A DNA stretch of 64,000 nucleotides, taken from Cenococcum geophilum. Taxonomy: Eukaryota. Positions 25,201 to 37,544 of this stretch are shown piece by piece. Positions within the stretch are counted from its first letter, which is position 1, and the number at the start of each line of letters is the position of its first letter. The position numbers and the translations under genes were made by a program. Where the stretch lies: assembly GCA_050273025.1 (NCBI GenBank), contig CP158635.1, positions 24,676,001 to 24,740,000 of the forward strand, in the 5' to 3' direction. The notes beneath the pieces are model-generated. The model was not told where the DNA came from. It was given only the letters and a program-made list of their open reading frames with translations, and did not search any database.

Positions 25201-26266
25201 ATATTATAAGAACATTAATACCAAAGAGGCAGCCCGGCTATATATCTATTACGTCTACCAAATCTACGGACCACTAGATACTATTATATCTAATTATAGG
25301 CCATAGTTTATATTAGCCTTCTGGAATAAGTTTACCCAGATCCTAGGCATTAAGCTAAAGCTTTCTACGGCTTATTACCCCCAAATAGACGGTTAGACAG
25401 AAATTATAAATCAGTACCTAGACTAAAGGCTTAGGCCCTTTATTAACTATTTCTAGGACAACTGGTCTAAACTACTACCCTTAATAGACTACGCGTAAGC
25501 AACCTTACCCTATAACTCTACAGGGTTTACCCCAATTTAGCTAGAAATGGGATACTTACCCCGTATAAGCTTTAACTAGAAAAGGCCAGAAGAACCCTAG
25601 ACTGTATAAGAGAAGCTATCCTATACTAAGGCCTAACAGTACGCCAAACGATTGGAGGAGGCCTAAACGGTAGCCCGTAAGAACCTAAAAAAAGCTTAAA
25701 GGTCAATAGAATAGTAGGCGAACAAACACCGTTAAGAGCCCGATTTTACCCCTAGCGATATAGTCTAGGTTATAATAAGGAATTAAAAGACCAAACGACC
25801 CAGCCGTAAGCTAAACTACTAGATAGCAGGACCATATAAGGTTCTTAAGAAGATAGGCAACTCGTATAAGATAAAGCTCCCAGATTTAATTAGGGTTTAC
25901 CCTATTTTCTCGCCAGATAAGTTACGGAAAGCTACAAACAACCTATTGCCTAGACAAAAGAATAAGCCTCCCCTACTAGTTTAAGTAAACGGTAATAGCA
26001 AATAGGAGGTTAATAAAATACTGGCCTGTAAGATAGTATAGGGAACGCTAAAATACCGTGTCTAATGGAAGGGCTATAATCCTAACCCAACCTAGTACCC
26101 TATGTGGAACTTTATAGGCTACCCCCAGAAGCTTAAAGAATTCTATAACTAATACCTTAATACGCCTAGACCCCTAAAGTACCTAGACAAATAGATGGAA
26201 TGCTAGTATAATAAAGATAATAAGTTACCGGAAGAATATAGGGACAAAAACGCCCTAAAGCCCTAA
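22200..26266 (+). pseudogene. pol: pol of element C (protease-RT-RNase H-integrase-chromodomain)
   Basis: De-RIP ALIDTGANG at ~22331. YLDD intact at 23771. Integrase AYHPQTDGQTE at ~25370. Chromodomain W.V..I...Y.V.WKGY at ~26003-26080. Confidence 0.88.
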
Positions 26267-29200
26267 TACAGCTGTCTGCCAAATTCTGCCATATTCTGCC
26301 GTTTTCTGCCAGTACCGTAAAATATTAGATGTCTAGGAACTTCAACCACCGGTTAAAGTTATCTAATTAGTTAGATCCGTGCCAAGACTTTTAGTAGTTA
26401 CTCTTTTTAGCCTAGTGCTTCTACTTAGCCTACAATCGCCCTTTATACTTAGTCTAGACGTACTCATATCCCCTTTATCTCCTTATCTTATATTTTATAA
26501 TCCCACGTTTATAAGCCTAGTGCTACCCTATTTCTAACTAAGCCTAAGGGTAGGCTTTCTTTAAAGAGGGGGGTGATGTAACGGCGCTATTGCACGTTAC
26601 CTGCCAAATTCTGCTATATTTTGCCGACCTGCGATTAGCCCGCCTAAAGCTAGCGCCTTAGCGGCTTACCCTATATATTTATTTACATCGGTCCTAGCGA
26701 CCCCTTTTCCTTCTTTTTAGCTTAGTATCTTCGTAATACAGTATTCGTTTAAGCTTCGGTTTAGAGGTATTTATTTAAGCCGTGACAGTCTAGGCGTAAG
26801 TATAAGTATAATCCGTTAACTAACCTGTTAAATTATAGGCAATTATGTAAGGACTAGGTCCTTTCCCTAGTTGTTATAAGCTTATATAATAAGCCTTAAT
26901 TTCTTAAAGGCTTTGTTAGTACTAGGGTGCTTAATCTTGTTAATAAAGCGTAAGTTAAATATACGGACGCCTTATAAAACGTCTTTCTCCGTTATAATTG
27001 CAAAGACACCCTTTTTAAGTAGTCCGTTAATCTCTTTACGCCGTAAGTCCGTAAAAGGGGTTTCCTATACTAGAACTAATATATCTATAGGCGGAGATTG
27101 CTTTACAGATATGCCTATAAAGGTTAGGTAGTTCTTTATTATGGGATTCTTACGGGGGCGTTCTCGGCCACGCTTTATAGCAGGTTTAGTAGGTTTAGTA
27201 GGTTTCTAGGGGACCTCTAGGGTAGGTAAGGGTGCCTCTAGTTTATCTAATTCGGCAGTCGCTTCTAGTTTATTTAGTTTAGCGGTTGCTTCTAGTTTAT
27301 CTGGCTTGACGTTATAGGTGTTTTTGGGCCGAAAGTAGGGTTTTATAGACGTGCTTTTAAAGCTAGTTAGCCCGCTAGGAAGCTATACGCAGCACGTCTC
27401 GTTTTTTACAGCTAGTAGATAGTAAGGTCTATTCTAACTGCCGCTTTTACGCCATATAAGGACTTCAGAGTTAAGCGGGAGGTTGTGTACTAAGGTTGTA
27501 TTAGGTCCGTTATCGTAGTATAGGGCATTATTAATAGTTTATTTAGCCCGTAATTTAACTATTTCGGCTATTGCCTTCTGTATTATAGCTGCTCGTTCCG
27601 TAATAGACGGGGTAGGGGGGCCTAGGTTGCTTATCCTTAGGTAAGCTCCGTAAACTAAGAGGGTGGGTACTAGTCTATTAGGGCCAGCGGTGTCGTTAAT
27701 GGCTTTTACGGCCATCTATAAAGCTAGTTCCTTTTAGATATCCTTGTACTTATCCATAATAATTTAATAAGCTCTCCATAGAGCTAGGTAAGCTCGCTTA
27801 ATAAACTTAATAGACTAATACGCCTTAACTAGAACAGCTTTTGTTAATATAGCCATAGCCGTAGCATACTACTAGAATTCCTTGCTGATAAAGTTCCTAC
27901 CAGCGTTGTAGGTGATATACTCAGGAGGTCTAATATACGTATTAATCCAACAGGTCCGTAAAATATCCCAAGTATACTTTATAGATATATTTTGCAACTA
28001 ACGGGCGGTTTAGTAGCGGGTTGCCTCGTTAATTATATATAATACTAGGCTGCCGTTAATGTACATAATGTCTACGTATACTAAGTGGTTAAAGTTAAGG
28101 TCCTTATAAAGGGTGAACTTAAATCGGCCTAGGGAACGTCTGTATTTCTAGCAAAAGGAGCAGTATTTGGTTAGGTAATTAACTGCCTTCCTATTAACGT
28201 CGTCGTGTCCAGAGCGTTTAAGGACTCTATATAGCTTTTTGGCTAACGGGTGGCCAAAACAGCGGTATAGACGGTGGATCTTCGTACTGGTAAGGTAGCA
28301 CGGGTTATAGTTAAAAGATTCCTAAATGTAGGTCCGTAAAGTCTCTCCCTATATAAGGAACGGGTGTCTAAATTGTTATGTAATTGGTAGGGTAATATAC
28401 TTACTTCCTAGGGCAGTTATGGGGCCGATTAAGGTGTCCGTAATATTGTTATAGTAAACCTATAACCTATCTATATCCGTAAGGTAAAGTAAGAAAGGGG
28501 TGTCTGCTTTTACTATGTGGAAGTTAACTAGGCTAATTAGGGTCTTAACTGTAACTAATTTAATTAATGCAGTTGAGAGAATGCCGAATTGGACGTTTAC
28601 GGCCCTAGTTTGCATAGTATTAATGTCCGTATTATTATTTACGGTGGTTTTATATGCAAGATATTGTCCATAACCTATAGTAGACTTCTTAGAGGCGCCT
28701 ATGTCAATTATAACACCGTAGAATTCCTTAGGGGTATAGCGTTCTGTGGTGATATATGCAAATAGGTCCTACTTATAATCTATAACGTCCGTAATAGGGG
28801 TACTTACGAAATAGTTTTTGGGCGCAACTAAGTGTATAAAGGAACGGTCGGCTAATACGGTTGTAATATTAAAGGCTTAGCTATCTGTAAAAGGTCTAAA
28901 AGTAGTTAGAAACGTCTCTAAGGTCTTCTATTCCTAGTTATTTAGGTTAAAGTTAATTATAAGGGCTTCTATTAACTTATTAGGGGGCTCCTCTTCTTCC
29001 TTTCCTTTATATTCTAAGATAAACTAGCTAATCCGTTTATTAAATCTCTTCTTAGACCTGTTACGTTCTTCCTAGGTATGCCTTATAGACTAATATCCTT
29101 CCTTGCTACACACAATGCATTTTTAGCTTATTCGTCTACAGGGGTATACTTTTATATAGGAGTTGCTGCGGGGGTTATAGGTGGGACTTAGTCGGTATGG

Positions 29201-31949
29201 GTGCTGCTAGCGGTAACGGCGGTCCGTAAAGTAGACGTCTAAGTCTGTCTGCGGATATTAAATATCCGTAGCAAAGGCTTAAGTGCTACCCGGTGGGTTT
29301 AAGACTTTATACATTATAATAGAGGAGCGTAGGTCATTAATAAGGCCAGCTAAGGTATCTACAGGCTTATAATAGGCGTACTTATAGGGCTCTACTTCCT
29401 AGCAAGCCGTAATAAGTTTATTATATAGGAAGTCGTCTGTTTAAAGCTTAGCGTTAAGGCCGTACTATAGGTACCAGAGGTCTTTAATAAGGATTTACAG
29501 ACACTCTATAGTCGATTTTTCGGTATTCTTATCAATTACGGTCCGTAGCTTAGTCGCATTCCATTAAGTAAGGATATTACGCCTATATTCCGGTCCTTTA
29601 AAGTAATTACGGGTAGCTTTATATAGCTTATTAAAGGGGACACTAAGGGGGTTGCTCTTAAGGTTAGTGTAGTAGTAGTTAAGTGCTAGGCCGCGTAGCA
29701 TAGTAGAGTAGGCTTAGCTGAACTCTTATTTAGGAATATTAGCCTTCTGGCAGAGGTCCATAAAGATAGTTAGTTTAAAGTTAAAATTATCATTTTTACC
29801 GCTATACTTAGATTCGTTGGTATAGAGCTTAGCTAGGTTAGCTAGCTCCTTATCGTAAGTCTTTACTTAGGTGGGTTGCGGATCTATAACTTATGGATCT
29901 ATAGCTTGTGGATATATAGCTTACGGATTTATAACTTAAATAGTAGGGGTAATTTAGTCCGTATTTTGGTTTACAGGGGTATTATAATCCGTAACTTAAG
30001 AGTAGGGTATATTTTAGCCAATAAGGTTAAGTCTAAAGCCGCTTAGGTTTATAGAACGAATTTAGTTAAGTGGGTTAGGTATAAGGCTAGCGATTATATT
30101 AAGTTTAGAAGAAGTAAAGAGTTTCTTAGTTTCTTAGAACTGGTCTAGGATTTCCTCTTTAGTCTATTTTATTTAGTTCTTCTCGTATATTGTATTATAC
30201 AAGGACTATATAACAGTAACTTATTTATTCCTTTTAACCCATACACCTTAGTTACGTAAAAGGGTTTGTAGTTTACGGATGGTAATAGGGTTGCAGGCCT
30301 TAAAAATAGCTTCCGTAAAGTCCGTAAAGTCTTCCTAGTATTACTCCCATAGGTCGTTATTTATGAGCTTAAAGTGTTTATATTTAAGGATTTTAAAACT
30401 AATATAGTCGTTAACGTCGTTTATAGACGTAACGTCGACTCCTTATCTCTACTTCTTTTGACCTTCGCTAACTTACTTGCTAATATCTGCCATACTATAG
30501 TGTAGTATAGTGCGTAGTGGGTAGTAGCAGCTTATAACGGGTGGGGGAGGTCTTATAACGGTCCGTAAAATTAATTAATAGGTCCGTAATAGTTTATAGA
30601 AAGGTAAAGGGTTTCCGTAAAAGGTCCGAAGAGGTTTAAGGTTTAAGGGGGTTAAGGATAGGGGTTCCGTATAGGTCTGTATTCGCGTCTATAACTTTTG
30701 GTAAACTATACTAAGACTTGAATAAGTATATAGAGTTAGAGATAAGTCCGTAATCCCCGACTTTCGACCTTTTTATAGGTTGTACTAGGAGTCTAAACGG
30801 GTGGTCGCTATCGTGTATATCGCTCAGGGGGAGGTATTAAGTAATTGCTGATCTGTACGCGCTTACTGATCAGTGTTCGTACTAACTTAATAGCACGAGT
30901 GAGTTGTATCCACGGGCACGAAATACATGTAGTATCATATACTTGTTTAGATAGTAACTGTCGATTGTATAAAGCAGACTATATAGTCTATATACTAATG
31001 CACCTCCCCCCTAATTAGTTAGTGCTTTATAAGTGCACCAAACGCGTAAGCGAGTGGTTGGTGCACTGAACGCGTAAACGCGTACCTGGTGTACCGAACG
31101 CGTAAGCACGCGTTTGGTACAACAGGTGCTGTAATTATACACTTAGTGTTTTTTCTTAGTTATTAAGTAGATAATATTATTATTAAGGTATACTATAATA
31201 AACGTATTAAGGTATTCTCCTAATATACTACTAATTTACTTTTAGAATATTATTAGTGCGTTTATAAGCCTAAATTATGTTACTAATAGTTTATATAGTC
31301 TTTCCTTTAACCTAAAGGCTGCCTTTTATTTGTTATCTTCTTTAATTCTAATCTAATAGTATGCTTATCTTAAATCTATCTTTATAAAGATTTATGCGTT
31401 ATATATTTAATTCTAAATTTCACTAATTAAGCATAAAGGATATCTATCCTTTCTAGTAATGCTATTTAATTATCTATAGTTAATATATAGTCTAAGTTTT
31501 CCGTTCTTCTTTAGTATAAATAATACTAAATAACTTACTAATAACTGCGATGGTCTATTTTTTTTATAGGGTTTCTTATATAAACTCCTTAAGTACTCTT
31601 AACTCTTCTTTAGTAAGCTTATAAATTAGAAGGAACTTTAGATTTATTCCTAGTTTTAATTCTATTTTATAGTTCTATACTATATAATAGTTCATTACTT
31701 AACGTCTAATTTGGATCCCTATTGGGCCCACGCGGACTACTCCTTATTTATATATAGGGAGAAAACTTAAATTAAGAAAGACTTAACTTAAGAAAACCCT
31801 ATAATCCATCTCCCTGCCTTTTAGGACTCGCCTATAAGGCGCTTATAAGTCACCTATAGTACTCCTACTACCTCACTTTTTAACCTTCTTAGGAACCACT
31901 GCCGCCGTAATAAACCTACGGACGCGCTAGTGTTGTATACTTTACTCTA

Positions 31950-34900
31950 CTACTATAGAGTTATTAGGGGGCGCCCGTTGCTCGTCCCCCCCGCCCTCTA
32001 TTATTATTTCCTTTACAACCTAGAACTAGTTTAGTACATTTTAGCTAATAAGCCACTAGGTAACCGCCTTAAGGCCTTTTTATATTAAGAGTAGTATCTT
32101 ATAGTTCTCTATACTAGCTACTAAGAGTATTACTTCTTAGTTAGTGCGTAAGGGGCATAGCAGTATTACGTGTTTTGGTATCTATCTTAGCCAGCCATAT
32201 TTATATCTTAGGCTACCTACTAGAACACCCACCTAGTCTTTTAGTTCTATTATTCCTATTCTTAAGAGTATTACTATTATATTTTCTACCTTTATTAGGC
32301 CTTTTTAGAGCCCTAGAGTATTTACCCCTTATAGCATTAACTATGCTACAGCTTAGGTTCCTCTTACCTTAATTAGCCTCTGTACCTTTAACTCCCATAT
32401 ACCTCTCTAGCGTTAGTCTAGCCAGTATTATATTACAGTAGATAGTTTCCTAATATTCTTTTATACTCTACTTTAGCTCCTTTCTCTCTCTTACTATTAT
32501 CCTTACTAGCCTCTTACGCGTTTTTTTCCTCCTCTATATAGGCCTAGGCCCTAAAGCAGCACTATTCTTTTTCTACTTTCTTCGCCTGTTTCTCTAATAT
32601 ATCTTCCCTACTTTAGGGTTGTTAGTTTATTCTCCTATAAGGCACCCTAAGGTCCCCCTATAGTTTATTTAGGCGTATCTTAATATACTTTATAATATTA
32701 GAGTTATATTCCTTTTACGCCCTTTATATTATAGCGGCTTTAATATATAGTTATAGGGGGGGAATATTAGCTTCCTTCTCAAGTAGTGCTATAGCCGTTT
32801 ACTTATATCCGCCTATTATACTCTAGAGGCAAGCTATTTAGACCTTTTAGAGTGGTTTAAGGAGCGATTTAGGGGGGCCTTTCTTAGATTCTTTAATAGC
32901 CCAGATACTAGATTTATACGTTATAGTTAGCCAGATAACTGCTGTATATAGTAGGTGTGACCTCTAGAAGTATAAACCCTATATGGAATTAACGATCCTA
33001 AATAATACAATATACTATACTTGGCCCTTATAGGCCGCTTATGCCGCATATACGCTTTACTAGAGCTTACTGTTTACCTATACTTCTAATACTCTTAGGC
33101 CCTAAACTAGTTAACCCCTAAAGCCTTAGATGTGAATTATATGCTAAAGATCTATAGATTAGTTATGTTTTCTTATAAAATATATTAGCTGGTATTTCTC
33201 TAGTAAGAATTAAACTCTATATTATCTTGCCTATTCTATATAGGTGTTATATACTTTCTCTAGTATTCTATAATTCTTTACGACTATTAGCCCGTATATA
33301 ATTAGGTTTATATTATTAATAAAGCCTATCCCCTAGGTTGCCCCTTCTTTAAAGGAGTTACGTAGGTTGCTTATAAAGAAAAGGAAGAGTATAGGTAAGA
33401 GGGGTAATTCTTATAGTATTCCTGTTACAACTATAATAGGGGGGCTTTAGTATTCGCTAAAGACTAATAATGTTTCTTTTTAACTTGTAAACCCTTAAAT
33501 AAATTATATAATCTATTTTAGGAAGCCTTTTGCCCTAAAAATATATAGGAGACGCTTGTAGGGTATATTATTATAGGCGCCACTAATATCTAGGCTAAGC
33601 ATTAATACTATAAAGTCCCTTCGCATCGCCCATGCAAATTTAATGGTAGTAGTGAGTAGCGTAAGTGCTAATAGTGTTAAGCGGTTCTTTCTTGCCCCTA
33701 TTTAGCTTTGTAATAGTGGGGCGTATTCCTTAGCCGTATTTACTATATAGTCCGCTATTACCCTTTCTAAGATCTTACTTAGGGTATTCTCTAAGGCAAT
33801 AGGGCGGTAGCTCCCTAGAAATAAGTAGTCTACTTTACCTTCTTTATATAGGATAAACGTTATTATAGCTCTTCTAAGTTTTGGGTAGTAGCCTATTATA
33901 AAGTATACTTTAGCTACATCCGTAAGCTATAGTGCTATTAATAGTCTGTAGGTCTTTAGGGCTTTATTTAGGATCCTATCTAGTCCTAGTACTATATTAT
34001 TTAAAAGGCGGCTAATAGTTCTAGCCATTTCTTCGGTTATTATGTCGCTATTAACCCTTAGGCGAGTTACTAGTGCTTTACCTATAATATTACTAAAGTC
34101 TACTAAAGCTAGTTAAGGGGAAAATCTTCTTATAAGGATCTTTACCTTCTTATTATTGTTATTTATAGCTAGTAATTTACCTAGTCTTTATAGGGGCGGA
34201 ATGTGTAGGTCTTCTACTGGACATCCCGCCTTTCTCTTTGCCTATTTTGCTATCCTCTAAAGACCTTTATTATAGGGGAGGCTTAAATTAGTAGTATGCT
34301 TATTTATAAACCGTCTCTAGCTATTCCTTACTTCTTTTTTTAGGGTATTTTTTAGCTGGTTTCTTATATCTTTGTATTATCTCTTATTTTTAGGATTATA
34401 GCTATTTATATATTTTTTTCTTACTCGTTATTAGCTAGTAATAAGAATTGCGTATTATACGGACTATATATATCGCGCATAGGGGCCTAGTTTTAAGACT
34501 AGGTAATACTCTTCTAGCCTATTTTTAATTACTGCCTAAATCCTTTCTAGTCTTTAGTTAATTTCCTTAGGGGTAGCTAATAAGCCTCGCTTGTTTAATA
34601 TTGGGTGGATTTCTTCTAGGTCTTAAAGTTGTTATTTAACTATATTAAGGAAGCTATTTATCTTAAGCTTTCTTATTACATATCTTTTACTATTTAGTTG
34701 CGCCTTAATATCTAGATCTAGCTATATCTGGATAGGGATATGGTTTAAGGCAAGTGCCTATTCTTCTTTGGGGTTACACCTTTTAAGTCTCTAGTATAGG
34801 CCTTTATCCATAAATATAAGGTTAATTATACTTTTAGCGGTGCCTTATTACTATATAATTGCTCCTAGGAGGGTAGCTGGCTTAAGGCCCTAAGTATCTA

Positions 34901-35420
34901 TAGCTCTTAGTAGGCACTCTACCTGTCGTTTAGCAGCAATATAGATACCCCCCTATTATGGGTGGTAGAGGTTTATATCTCCTAATAAGATAAACTCTAT
35001 ACCTTTGGTTTCTAGTAAGCTTATTACTAATATAATATTCTCTATTTATAGGACCCCTTTAACCCTAGGGTTATATATATTAATAATCTATACCGGTCCC
35101 CTATATATCTGAATTATTATAACTATAATATCTGGGTTAACTACCTGCTATAACCATAAGGATAGGCTAATAGCCTTACTAATTATAAAGCACACGCGTA
35201 TAGCTGCTTTTGGTTTATATAGGAGCTAGAATTTATAGGGGTAGTATGTTAATTATATATAGGTATTATAATACGGCTCTTATATAGTAAGGATATAGTA
35301 TTTCTCTAGGTCTAGGCTGTCTAGTAAGGGCCTTATAAGATAGTGGTTTATATTGCCGTAGTTATACTATATAATAAATAGGTGGCGGACCCCTAGCAAG
35401 GGTCCTTTGCCTCTACTTTA
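31950..35420 (-). pseudogene. LINE ORF2 (AP endonuclease, RT, C-terminal zinc finger); ends approximate
   Basis: De-RIP LGDMNLHHP (~34960-34986), GIPQGSPLSPIL (~33388-33422), GFVDD (~33311-33326) and QTPKHVILLCP (~32152-32184). Confidence 0.85.
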
Positions 35421-37140
35421 TTCCTCGCTTCTTTTATTTCCACCTTCTCTAGAATATTTAGAACTTCTATCTCTTATATCTATACCCTAGTTACTACTTA
35501 TTTTATATAGAGCTTTTTATTTCCATATCTTGTGTTCCTACTAGCGCTTCTATATCTAAATCTATTATTATCTCCAGTTCTTTCCCTATTCTTACTAGTT
35601 AGCTATATACCCTTTAAGAGTCGGCTAAGAATATTATATTTACCGCGTTAAGTTTAATTCTTAATTATCCTAGTTTTAAGCTTACTATAGCTATCTATAA
35701 GGGTCTTTCTATAGAGCGTCCTCTCCCTTATATCCCCTATAACCCTTATATCCCTATATAGTTTAGTAATATCGGGCGGCGTCGCTTCTAGCCCGTTAAG
35801 GCTTAGGATAGCTAGCCTAGCCCCCTAGTATTAAAGGTAGGAAACGCTAAAAAGGCACCTACGCCCCCCTAGCTTATCGCCTATTATTTCCATTTATATA
35901 ACCTAACGTGTAGTTATTCCTACGGCTATTAAGCCCTTACCTTCCGTCTCCTATATTTAATGCAGTCTTCTCTCTCCTACGCCTTATATATGCTTTAGTG
36001 GCAGTTTACGCATTTTATTTAGCCTTAATTTAAGTAGTATCTTATATTGTAGGGGCCTATATAGTAGCCGCAGCACATCTATACTACGTATATGGATTAG
36101 GTATATCCCTATTATACACAGCAATAGTATTATTTTAGGCGGAGTCTATAGTTATAGAGCCTTACATTATATATAAGGCTATTTATAATAATACCTTTTT
36201 AGATAAGGAGATTTTATATTCCTAGTGTATATATGCTGACGATAAGAAAGCCATGCGTTTAATTAGTATCTCCTTAGTAAGTCTCTAGCGACCCTTATAT
36301 TCTTTTATTATTCTTATTATATACTTAGTTTACATTTTCCTATTAAAGCTATTAAATTTAGGTAATCTTAAGTCCTAGTATAAGGCGTTCTGTTTATTTT
36401 ACTATCTTATATATAGTTGCTATATTATCCGCCTAGCGTCCCTTTTCTACCCTAAGGCTTAGGGGAACCGCTAGAACTTTAACTGGGTAATCTTTATAAA
36501 GCACTTTTATGCTAATACGTTCTCCTAGCCTATCCCCTGCCCTTATAGCTTATTCCTTTACCTATTAGTCCCTTAGGGTAACTCTAATATCTCCGCTCCT
36601 AAGGTGTTAGACTATAATAGCATTATAGACCTTTTTACGAATCTTTATAAGGACTTCTATTTCTAATTATCCCCTAAGCCCCTCTGCTTTTTCTATATTT
36701 AGTTATATTATAATTATATACCCAGATATTATCTTTAGGGGGGTGGGTTTCCTATACTATAAAAGCGCAGCTATAGCGGCCTAGGTACGGTTCGCCAGTA
36801 AAAAGGGTTTTTATTTATTTTTAATTTTACTTAGCTATTAGAGGATTTAATTAAGGGTTTACTAGAGGGGCGCCTAAGGTTTACTAAACTAGTAGAGCCA
36901 TTCTACTAGCTATATTAGTTCGTTATAGCTAATAGTTACTCCCCTATAACTCCGGATACTAAACGCGTCTAATAGGCTTTATATTTTATTAGATGCCTTC
37001 TTAATAGAGGTCTTTCTACTTTATAGTATAGTATTCGCCCATTCTTATTATAGAGGGCTATTGCTAGGTGTAGTTCTAGTAGACACGCGCAAGTGCAAAC
37101 TACTATCGTTTAACGTATACCTTCCCTATAATGTATGCAT
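35418..37140 (-). pseudogene. LINE ORF1 (gag-like, CCHC knuckles); ends approximate
   Basis: De-RIP QCYRC.QWGH.Q..C followed by C..C motifs at ~36135-35900. Confidence 0.7.
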
Positions 37141-37544
37141 CTTAGGGGGATTCTCTAGGTGTTTTTTAGGGTTCTTTTAGTTGGTTTTGGTCTTTTTGGG
37201 CCGGGTGTAGCAAGAGCTCCTTTTCTAAAGTTCAAGCCTCTACTATATATTTTAACAGCTTTTTATTTTCTAGACTCTATAATTTCTTGCCGTATTTATA
37301 GTATCTCTTTAACTTAGTACTATACTATCTTAGTTTATTATCGCATCCTATATTATTAAGTATCTCTAATATTAACCTAACCTATAACCTAATTGATCTT
37401 TAGATTATATTTCTATAACTAAGGTATACTTAATACTGCCTTATCCCGTCCTAATAGTAGGATATTAAAAGATATTTTAATTTATCTCCCTTTAATAGTT
37501 ATCTAAATAGGTCCTATTTTAAGATTAATAATGCCTCCTTTATA

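Larger units (their letters stand above)
20605..26787 (+). mobile_element. Full-length Gypsy chromovirus C (LTRs 20605-20815 and 26577-26787)
   Basis: 211-bp TGTAAC...GACA LTRs, polypurine tract AAAGAGGGGGG just before 26577, and gag and pol relics in Gypsy order. Confidence 0.95.
18596..31141 (-). mobile_element. Copia element 2, close relative of Copia 1 (LTRs 18596-18863 and 30874-31141; TSD CTTAG), interrupted in RT by Gypsy C
   Basis: 268-bp TG...CA LTRs, with CTTAG at 18591-18595 and 31142-31146. Colinear with 9472-15770. Confidence 0.95.
31687..37240 (-). mobile_element. Apparently full-length Tad1-like LINE (5.55 kb), TSD TACTATATA
   Basis: 9-bp duplication at 31678-31686 and 37241-37249 within family B sequence, with ORF1 and ORF2 relics between. 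Confidence 0.9.

Noticed and set aside
5628..32372. ORF-track entries at 5628, 9612, 11389, 13059, 14385, 20963, 21384, 23861, 26913 and 32175
   Set aside because: They are short frames antisense to TE genes or inside LTRs. Their I/L/Y-rich composition is a RIP artefact, so they are not membrane proteins or effectors.
32650..33000. RNase H domain in LINE ORF2
   Set aside because: Catalytic motifs could not be recovered convincingly by eye.
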